IMG/VR virus record: IMGVR_UViG_2974794945_000001
Span: 229,273 to 293,272 of that record
Length of the DNA stretch: 64,000 nt
Source of the DNA: a virus
Taxonomy: Duplodnaviria > Heunggongvirae > Uroviricota > Caudoviricetes
Direction: 5' to 3' (one strand)
Shown here: positions 57,950-64,000 of the stretch, one piece after another
How the letters are laid out: every line of letters starts with the position of its first letter
How positions within the stretch are numbered: position 1 is the stretch's first letter
Program-made: the position numbers and the translations under genes
Notes under the pieces: generated by a model
Databases searched by the model: none
What the model saw: the letters and a program-made list of their open reading frames with translations, nothing else
What the model was told of the DNA's origin: nothing

Positions 57950-58831
57950 TTATTTTAAGAACGTACCACATGATGCTTTTACGTCTGTACCTACGCGAGG
58001 AATAACTTTGACTCGTGCCTTAGGCAAGCGTCTACGAATATAACCTGCCAGGTAATTAATCTGTCCTTCTAAGCTTTCTTGTGAGCTATGACCATCGGGT
58101 GGATTGTACCGAACAATGTTCCAATTGACATCCAGCTTATACGTATCAAGTTGATCACAGATCTTTGCTACGTCTGCAAGATCATCATTTTCATTACGAA
58201 TGAATGCATAATGAATCTTTGGTTTTTTACCGGTGGCTTGTTGCCAGGACATTAGCTTAGCAAACGCCGCACTCGGATTAAGTGCTTTAGGTATCCAGCG
58301 TTTACGAAACTCGGGTTTTAAGGAATACACCGAGTAATAAATTTCTGGATAAAGATCTGGATGTGTGAAGATTTCAGTTAATCCACGGTTCATCATTTCC
58401 TGTGGAAAAATGGTAGACACCAAAAACTTATATTCCAAACCGTAACGTGAAGCACGTTCCGCTAAACCATCCAAAATGATGTCGGCATTGTCTAGGAAGA
58501 TCTTGTTGGCTAAAGGTTCACCACGAGCCATGAAATTGAAATGTACTTTACGAGCCATTGTTTTAGTGGCGTAGTATTGTAGTACACGTTCAGCTTGATC
58601 CCAGTATTCTTCAATGGTTACATCACGTAGTTTGTTTTGTCCCGTAGCTGTTAAATGGCACATACGGCAGGCTTGATTACAGCCTGTCTGAGAAGACAAA
58701 TAAACAATGAAGTAATCATCGCTCCGACGTACATACCGTGCCTCTAACATCCCTGGGTGATCTTCAAAGCGGTGTTCAAAGTTAACGGACTGATCAAGTT
58801 GTGATATGTGTTGTTTAAAGATAAGTTCCAT
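57950..58831 (-). CDS. radical SAM enzyme, RlmN/Cfr-like (short form, 293 aa)
   Basis: YLSSQTGCNQACRMCHL matches RlmN/Cfr SSQVGCxxxCxFC (CX3CX2C). C-terminal conserved Cys in IPRVGTDVKASCGTF matches RlmN ..DIDAACGQL. Confidence 0.6.
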   Translation of the reverse strand: MELIFKQHISQLDQSVNFEHRFEDHPGMLEARYVRRSDDYFIVYLSSQTGCNQACRMCHLTATGQNKLRDVTIEEYWDQAERVLQYYATKTMARKVHFNFMARGEPLANKIFLDNADIILDGLAERASRYGLEYKFLVSTIFPQEMMNRGLTEIFTHPDLYPEIYYSVYSLKPEFRKRWIPKALNPSAAFAKLMSWQQATGKKPKIHYAFIRNENDDLADVAKICDQLDTYKLDVNWNIVRYNPPDGHSSQESLEGQINYLAGYIRRRLPKARVKVIPRVGTDVKASCGTFLK

Positions 58832-59088
58832 TAATCCACCTGTATTTCAATGAAGACTTCGGTACGACCAACCCATATTGAACCACGGGTGGCATATTGC
58901 GCATTGTAAGTCGCTTTGTTATCTACCCAAACTTGGTATACATCCTGACCACAATCTCGAATAAAATTCGAAACTTTATTAATAGCATAACGAACTTGCT
59001 TATCATTGAACCAGGGAAATGATAAGCGAATCTGTTTTTCCATGTTATCGTGGTACGACATTGTTATACTCCGCAATTTGGAAATCAC
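58831..59088 (-). CDS. hypothetical protein (85 aa)
   Basis: ORF. Confidence 0.5.
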   Translation of the reverse strand: MISKLRSITMSYHDNMEKQIRLSFPWFNDKQVRYAINKVSNFIRDCGQDVYQVWVDNKATYNAQYATRGSIWVGRTEVFIEIQVD

Positions 59089-59380
59089 CTAGGTTAACAA
59101 CAAACCCTCCAATTGTACTAATCACAACCGGTCTGTGTTTACGATAAAGCCCGTGTTGCTCACGCCAGTAATCTTGTAGATGTGCATCTACAAAAGCTTC
59201 TGTATGTCCTGGGGTAAATATTTCACCCCATTGCGGTTCTAACGCCTTCTCTATTTGGTATTGGTAACTCTTAATAACGTGGTGTGGTGGATCAGTCTCT
59301 GGACCAAAATAGGTCTCACGTTTATGTGCAATCTTTGCGTGGATCATGTCTTTAAATGCAGCATTAGTTCTTTCATTCAT
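59045..59380 (-). CDS. hypothetical protein (111 aa)
   Basis: ORF. Confidence 0.5.
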   Translation of the reverse strand: MNERTNAAFKDMIHAKIAHKRETYFGPETDPPHHVIKSYQYQIEKALEPQWGEIFTPGHTEAFVDAHLQDYWREQHGLYRKHRPVVISTIGGFVVNLGDFQIAEYNNVVPR

Positions 59381-59402
59381 TGTAAATTCCTATTTTTAGT
59401 AT

Positions 59403-59915
59403 TTAACCAATCCGAATAACTAGTACATCTTCAGCAAAGTTATTAGCAACCCATTGCATGAAGTTAGCATCAGTAACACCCATAAAGTTTAGAGTGTATG
59501 ATGCATCATCAATAAGAATGTATTTAATGCGTTCATACAATTCTTTTTCTGGTTCTGCTCCATGCTTAACTTTATCTCTTAACGTACATGTTGACAAATG
59601 GGGAACAATAGTGGTGGTGCTATTTTTCTTATTGTATTTGGCAGTAAGTGACCGTTGAGTAAAGTCATCTTTTACAATAAGCAAGCATTCACCAAGTTGT
59701 TTCTTACTGATGAAATCAATAATGGTTTCTGTTTTACCTGATTGACGTCCAACAAAGAAACCGACTGTCCTTAGTTCACGAATAGTAGAGGGTAAGCCCA
59801 AACGCAAACTATCTTTGTTTTTGTAGTAGACCTCATTGGTCTTTTCAATTAGTGCATCAAGCATTGCCTGATAATCAATTTGAATTGCCGGTGTTTTAAT
59901 GTATTCGTTTTTCAT
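59403..59915 (-). CDS. small P-loop NTPase-like protein (170 aa)
   Basis: Walker A-like VGRQSGKTE; possible Walker B ILIDDA. Confidence 0.5.
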   Translation of the reverse strand: MKNEYIKTPAIQIDYQAMLDALIEKTNEVYYKNKDSLRLGLPSTIRELRTVGFFVGRQSGKTETIIDFISKKQLGECLLIVKDDFTQRSLTAKYNKKNSTTTIVPHLSTCTLRDKVKHGAEPEKELYERIKYILIDDASYTLNFMGVTDANFMQWVANNFAEDVLVIRIG

Positions 59916-59984
59916 GGGTATTCCAATAGTAGAGGTACTGCAATCGTAAAGACCATTCTTTACTTATACATTGTCGCACTGAGT

Positions 59985-60019
59985 ATTTTATGGCATAAAG
60001 CTTTCCCCTAGGGGAAAGC
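59985..60019 (-). terminator. palindromic hairpin gctttcccc-ta-ggggaaagc + A/T tail (terminator after tRNA-Leu)
   Basis: Perfect 9-bp stem; on minus it is followed by tttatgcc. Confidence 0.5.
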
Positions 60020-60031
60020 ACTATACTTGTT

Positions 60032-60117
60032 TGGTGCGGACGAAGAGACTCGAACTCTCACGGGCTAAGCCCGCTGGAACCTAAATCCAGTGCGTCTACC
60101 AATTCCGCCACATCCGC
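60032..60117 (-). tRNA. tRNA-Leu (anticodon UAG), type II, CCA encoded
   Basis: Minus-strand sequence GCGGATGTGGCGGAATTGGTAGACGCACTGGATTTAGGTTCCAGCGGGCTTAGCCCGTGAGAGTTCGAGTCTCTTCGTCCGCACCA. 7-bp acceptor, anticodon stem CTGGA/TCCAG with loop TTTAGGT, long variable arm, T-loop TTCGAGT. Confidence 0.85.
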
Positions 60118-60154
60118 TTGTATATTATTACACTTGTGGTATTCTTTTACAGTA

Positions 60155-60877
60155 TTAGGTTATTTGAATTGACCACTCATTGTTTTCCCAACTGTCTTTT
60201 TGTTTTGTTATAAGAGCTTTATGAATTGTAGTGTAATTTATTTTGGTATATTTAGCAGCATCCATAAGTGTTTCAAATGTGTGAGCTTCGCCTGTAACTT
60301 TATTAGCCGCCATTGTAATAAACCATGTTCTCTTTTTACTAGATATCTTAGGCCATGGTTTTATTGACATGTGTCTGAAAGCGTAGTTGCAATAAGCGTA
60401 TTGTCCAGCCATGTTACCCCGTAAATGTTTGGCTAGGGTAGGTAATGGTACACCATATTTCTCTGCTGCTCGTCGAATAGATTTCTCTGTAAATATCTCA
60501 CCGCTATTAATGTTAAGAATTTGTATTTCTATTGGGATAGGGGTAAGCTTATTATCAACCGCATGAATAACATTACCTGATCCTGTTACCCATTCTAAGT
60601 TAGTTTTTGTATTGTTTGCTTTATTGCCGTCTTTATGATTAACTTCAAGTTGTTTAAATGGAATATGTTGTAAATGCATTGGTCGTTTAACATAGGTAAT
60701 TGCATATATGCGGTGTACTCGATACGCCCTATGTTTCATTCCAGGTGAGGTTAAAACAATATTCATGTATCCTGATTTTGTTTTATGTTGTTTAAGTATT
60801 TTGCATGTTCGGTAATTAAACAATACCCCTTCGGGACTTACTCCGATCCTATTGTCATTTGGAAATGGTTTATACAT
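60155..60877 (-). CDS. HNH homing endonuclease
   Basis: HNH core AYRVHRIYAITYV...LEVNHKDGNKANNTKTNLEWVT; sits between two tRNA genes, as is typical of phage tRNA islands. Confidence 0.75.
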   Translation of the reverse strand: MYKPFPNDNRIGVSPEGVLFNYRTCKILKQHKTKSGYMNIVLTSPGMKHRAYRVHRIYAITYVKRPMHLQHIPFKQLEVNHKDGNKANNTKTNLEWVTGSGNVIHAVDNKLTPIPIEIQILNINSGEIFTEKSIRRAAEKYGVPLPTLAKHLRGNMAGQYAYCNYAFRHMSIKPWPKISSKKRTWFITMAANKVTGEAHTFETLMDAAKYTKINYTTIHKALITKQKDSWENNEWSIQIT

Positions 60878-60946
60878 TTTAAGTCCTGTCTACTATTACA
60901 CTATACAATAGGACATAAAACCAACCCTAAGGTTGGCTATGTTTTT

Positions 60947-61032
60947 TGGTGCCTGAAGGGGGACTCGAACCCACCAATCCCGAAGGCGGGAGTGTTTAAG
61001 ACTCCTATCTATACCAATTCGATCATTCAGGC
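60947..61032 (-). tRNA. tRNA-Leu (anticodon UAA), type II, CCA encoded
   Basis: Minus-strand GCCTGAATGATCGAATTGGTATAGATAGGAGTCTTAAACACTCCCGCCTTCGGGATTGGTGGGTTCGAGTCCCCCTTCAGGCACCA. Anticodon stem GGAGT/ACTCC with loop CTTAAAC. Confidence 0.8.
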
Positions 61033-61039
61033 GTATACT

Positions 61040-61850
61040 TTCTAGAATGGTGTGTCTACCGATTTCACCATCCGGGCTAATTTGATCCAGCATCCAAAAC
61101 GTACAGGTTTGGTTAACAACAAACACAAGGTCGTTGGTAGATCGGTCGCTGGAAGAACCTTTTCATCCTAGTACATAGCCACAACGAACTGCGGTAAACC
61201 GCTAGAGTTGTAACCGGCGAGCTAGGTCTATCTACTTACTCGCCTACAGCGCTTCAGGACGATGGAGGGCAAGTAATTGAGAATCGAGGGTAACCAATTA
61301 GACGCTTTGCTAGCTCCGGCTTTCACGGAGTGCCGACTAACCCATTACCATGACCAGTAGGCAGACTGGGTAGCTGGGACACAAGGTCCAGTTCGGGAAT
61401 ATGGGGTTGCGTGTAAGAAATCAGCCAGGGATCTGAAACATGTTTTCTTACACCAACCAGTGACGGACATCTGATCCGTTGCAGCCGAGTCTGCCGCCTC
61501 TTCGGTATGCGCCTTAGTAACCGGGACTATCCAGTCTTTGGGGTATCATGGGTCGGGCTTTGAGCTTCCCTGTTAACTGACTATTCTAGTCTTTTGTCAG
61601 TCGTCGTAGGGGTTCATTAAAATCTCACACCATGCAGCTCGGTGCCCTAGTCTGAGGATTAATCAGGCATCAGTGTAAGACTTGCCTATCCCTTCCGGGC
61701 TAGGGCTTCACCGTTCCAATGGGCTCGGTGTATGAGATTGATAGTAACGATTTAACGCTCCTTGGCAGCTTTCCCAATTCACGCAACCTTTACCGAACGT
61801 TAGAGGAAACCTCCTTACCCAACATCCGAACTATCTATCTCATGCTCTTG
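61040..61850 (-). other. 0.8-kb ORF-free region (candidate structured RNA, intron-like element or long UTR)
   Basis: No ORF of 60 aa or more in six frames between tRNA-Leu(UAA) and the 224-aa gene. Contains a possible GACTA/TAGTC long-range pair (about 61340 and 61640). Confidence 0.3.
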
Positions 61851-61851
61851 A

Positions 61852-62526
61852 CTACTCGTGAGTAGTTTCTAAACTGTGTATTACGCAAACTGAACCATCG
61901 TCTAACGCGGTCTTGGCGTTGTAATCAATTTGATTATAGACACCACCATGAAATTGGAAGATTCGATCACGCCAAGTACTATCCAGCTTTAAAGCAGGAC
62001 AATCAGATTTACGACCTTCGCACAGAGCGTTGATTGTTACTGAACCTGCTTTAGTTACGTGGAGAGTAATCTTGAACGGCACACCTAGTGGTACGTTTTC
62101 CAAAACAGTAAAGTTATTGATTACTGGATCGGTAAAGCTACTACGGAAACCAGCCGTAAGTTTTCCTTTATTCCAGAAAACTTTCAATGGTGGAGTAGTA
62201 GCATTTTTAACGTGTACTTGAGCAACTACCACTTTCTTAGCTGAGTTAACTCGAACTAATGTCATCTCTTGTCGAGACCAGTGATGTGCGGCACTATCCA
62301 TAGGCCAGTAGTTTGCTTCTTTCCATTCACACCGCGTACGATGTGTACTTTTACTAGATGCACCTAATGTTGGTGCTGAGAGTTGTATCGAACCGTCTTC
62401 TAATTGACTGATCACATCCGCACACTTCACCAAGGCCTCTGAACCAATTAATTCCCAAGCAACAGGATTATTGATACTGACCGGTAAGGGAGTGGCTATT
62501 AAGTAATGATTAATGTCAACTAACAT
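61852..62526 (-). CDS. hypothetical protein (224 aa)
   Basis: ORF downstream of the tRNA cluster on the minus strand. Confidence 0.55.
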   Translation of the reverse strand: MLVDINHYLIATPLPVSINNPVAWELIGSEALVKCADVISQLEDGSIQLSAPTLGASSKSTHRTRCEWKEANYWPMDSAAHHWSRQEMTLVRVNSAKKVVVAQVHVKNATTPPLKVFWNKGKLTAGFRSSFTDPVINNFTVLENVPLGVPFKITLHVTKAGSVTINALCEGRKSDCPALKLDSTWRDRIFQFHGGVYNQIDYNAKTALDDGSVCVIHSLETTHE

Positions 62527-62547
62527 TTCTTTACTCTCTTTTAATAG

Positions 62548-62690
62548 GTGGAGCGTCCTAGTCTAACTAGACGACAGCTAATGCTGATTGGATTTGCACC
62601 AATGTACTCCGGGTACGAGAGTGTCCTTGGCCACTAGACGAACTACCCTAATGGATAGTAACGGGGTCGAACCGTTGTTTCTCTCTATCA
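62548..62690 (-). pseudogene. tRNA-like remnants (canonical T-arm AACGG-TTCGACC-CCGTT; internal about 20-nt direct repeat), no complete cloverleaf found by eye
   Basis: Minus strand directly 3' of tRNA-Ser carries a perfect T-arm plus ACTATCCA tail. CATTAG..TCGTCTAGT occurs twice, 72 nt apart. Confidence 0.3.
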
Positions 62691-62691
62691 C

Positions 62692-62783
62692 TGGAGGAAG
62701 AATAGGGATTTGAACCCTAGGGCAGTCCTTAGACCACCAGAGCTTTAGCAAAGCCCCTCGTTAAACCACTCCGACATTCTTCC
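62692..62783 (-). tRNA. tRNA-Ser (anticodon GCU), type II, CCA encoded
   Basis: Minus-strand GGAAGAATGTCGGAGTGGTTTAACGAGGGGCTTTGCTAAAGCTCTGGTGGTCTAAGGACTGCCCTAGGGTTCAAATCCCTATTCTTCCTCCA. Anticodon loop TTGCTAA. Confidence 0.8.
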
Positions 62784-62789
62784 TGTAAT

Positions 62790-62865
62790 TGGCGGGCTAT
62801 GATGGACTCGAACCACCAACACGCGGCTTTGGAGGCCGCTGTTCTGCCAATTGAACTAATAACCC
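62790..62865 (-). tRNA. tRNA-Trp (anticodon CCA), CCA end encoded
   Basis: Minus-strand GGGTTATTAGTTCAATTGGCAGAACAGCGGCCTCCAAAGCCGCGTGTTGGTGGTTCGAGTCCATCATAGCCCGCCA. Anticodon stem GCGGC/GCCGC with loop CTCCAAA. Confidence 0.8.
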
Positions 62866-63005
62866 TAAACCTGTACGGGTTTGATTTAACTGAGCTAACC
62901 GTGATCCTCAGTCCCTTCGCTAACCTTTGGGAAAAGTTAGCTTACGCTTGATTGGAGACTTAACGACAGTCTCTCGTATACTATTACACAACCAGTATTT
63001 TATTT

Positions 63006-63713
63006 TTAGAAAGGCACGTAAGTGTACGATCTAGAATACCTAGCAAAATCACTAATCCGAATTCGTCCATGGTAGCCGGTAACTGCCGGAGTAGAACTGG
63101 CTTCAAATCCTAAACGTAGTCGCGTTATATTAGCCAAGCTATCTTGCGGAGTAAATGATTGTAGATTATAAACCGTTGTTGTTCCACGAGCCAAAGATTG
63201 TTGTAGGCCATTACAGAATATTTTGATTTGGCCATCTTTACATACCAGAGCGTAATGATTCAATACGTTGGTAGCATTTGCTTTGGTAATAGCCGGAGCC
63301 CAAGTATTGTTAGCTACTCCAAATGAAGTACCAAAATGTAACCTGTTTTGGAATCCTTGATCACCATACCGTGATAACACACCTGTACCAGCCGTAGAAC
63401 TTAACAAACTAAATTCATGTGCATAACTAGCTGCTGCTGTGGTGTTTTTAGACGACCATTCCACAGTCCAGTTTTTGCCCTGCAGATTTAAAGGGATAGC
63501 AAATGTAATAAGTAGTCCAGCAGACGTACTAGGAAAAGACAAAGAACTACGTCCATCAATAGGGTTAGCTGCGTCAGCTACCGCTCCTCCCGATAAAACG
63601 ATTGTGGGGTTAGTACCCATCAACTCCGTATTGGTTACAGGGTCATATAAAAAGATAACGTTACCGGTGTCTTCCGGGGGCGATTCTAACAGCCCCAATA
63701 AAGATTCAAGCAT
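63006..63713 (-). CDS. hypothetical protein (235 aa), Ser/Thr/Gly/Asn-rich beta-type composition
   Basis: ORF; composition reminiscent of jelly-roll/lectin-like structural domains, but no motif recognised. Confidence 0.5.
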   Translation of the reverse strand: MLESLLGLLESPPEDTGNVIFLYDPVTNTELMGTNPTIVLSGGAVADAANPIDGRSSLSFPSTSAGLLITFAIPLNLQGKNWTVEWSSKNTTAAASYAHEFSLLSSTAGTGVLSRYGDQGFQNRLHFGTSFGVANNTWAPAITKANATNVLNHYALVCKDGQIKIFCNGLQQSLARGTTTVYNLQSFTPQDSLANITRLRLGFEASSTPAVTGYHGRIRISDFARYSRSYTYVPF

Positions 63714-63754
63714 GGGATAATTCCAAATAGTAAATACACACTATTGGGACATAA

Positions 63755-63774
63755 AGCCAACCCGCAGGCTGGCT
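63755..63774 (-). terminator. terminator hairpin (minus strand: agccagcc-tgcg-ggttggct + tttatgtc)
   Basis: Same hairpin family as 50319; directly downstream of the 63778..63978 gene. Confidence 0.5.
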
Positions 63775-63777
63775 ATG

Positions 63778-63978
63778 TTAGTCATGTCGAATTCCGTAAT
63801 CAATTACTTTATTCATTTGTTCTTGAGTGGGGATTCTGTTGCGGGCTCGTTCAGCACATTCGATATCAAATTGTTTAATTCTAGCCTGCCATTCTTTTAT
63901 TTGTTTTGGTGTCAGTTGGATTGGCTTTATGTTACCATTGGCTAAATCAATCAGTTTCTTTAGGCTCATATTGAACAA
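63778..63978 (-). CDS. hypothetical protein (66 aa)
   Basis: ORF near the window edge. Confidence 0.45.
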   Translation of the reverse strand: MFNMSLKKLIDLANGNIKPIQLTPKQIKEWQARIKQFDIECAERARNRIPTQEQMNKVIDYGIRHD

Positions 63979-64000
63979 GTCTTTGCTAACAATTCAGGGC

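Noticed and set aside
60896-61126. 76-aa minus-strand ORF
   Set aside because: Fully overlaps tRNA-Leu(UAA) and its flanking hairpin; an artefact of ORF calling.
62866-63005. Possible additional tRNA upstream of tRNA-Trp (GGTTAGCTCAGTTAAATC D-loop-like string)
   Set aside because: Could not build acceptor and anticodon stems by eye. The region shows only local hairpins (gagact/agtctc, gctaac/gttagc). Left unannotated pending tRNAscan-SE.

Overview
This window reads as an early/accessory region of a large virulent dsDNA phage of a Gram-negative host. The evidence is lipobox signal peptides, Shine-Dalgarno sites, no integrase or att sites, and very dense small genes.

Block 1 (nt 1-52,730) is all plus-strand. 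It holds about 100 mostly small genes in short cassettes. Cassettes are bounded by rho-independent terminator hairpins, mostly with ttcg loops. A conserved CTATATTAC promoter-like box follows most of these hairpins.

Recognisable plus-strand genes:
- NAD+-dependent DNA ligase, 5' end cut by the window edge.
- A Bcs1-like membrane AAA+ ATPase.
- An adjacent PRPP-synthetase-like plus NAMPT-like pair, candidate NARP1-type NAD+ reconstitution / anti-defense.
- A 473-aa thymidylate-synthase-family enzyme with two large insertions.
- An ATP-dependent RNA ligase (KxDG, EGLV, KxxK motifs).
- An SPFH/band-7 lipoprotein, several secreted proteins and lipoproteins, and a Big_2 Ig-like protein.
- A GIY-YIG homing endonuclease.
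- A nine-member paralogous family of small proteins that all end in [WFY]-x(2-4)-[IV]-N-[ST]-stop.

Block 2 (nt 52,780-64,000) is minus-strand, beyond a bidirectional terminator. It holds:
- RtcB RNA ligase.
- An RlmN/Cfr-like radical SAM enzyme.
- A small P-loop protein.
- Four tRNA genes: Leu-UAG, Leu-UAA, Ser-GCU and Trp-CCA.
- An HNH homing endonuclease between the two tRNA-Leu genes.
- Apparent tRNA remnants.
- Two ORF-free, possibly structured RNA regions of 0.39 kb and 0.8 kb.

No CRISPR array, integrase or transposase was seen. All calls rest on motifs read by eye and on the supplied ORF track; no database search was run.
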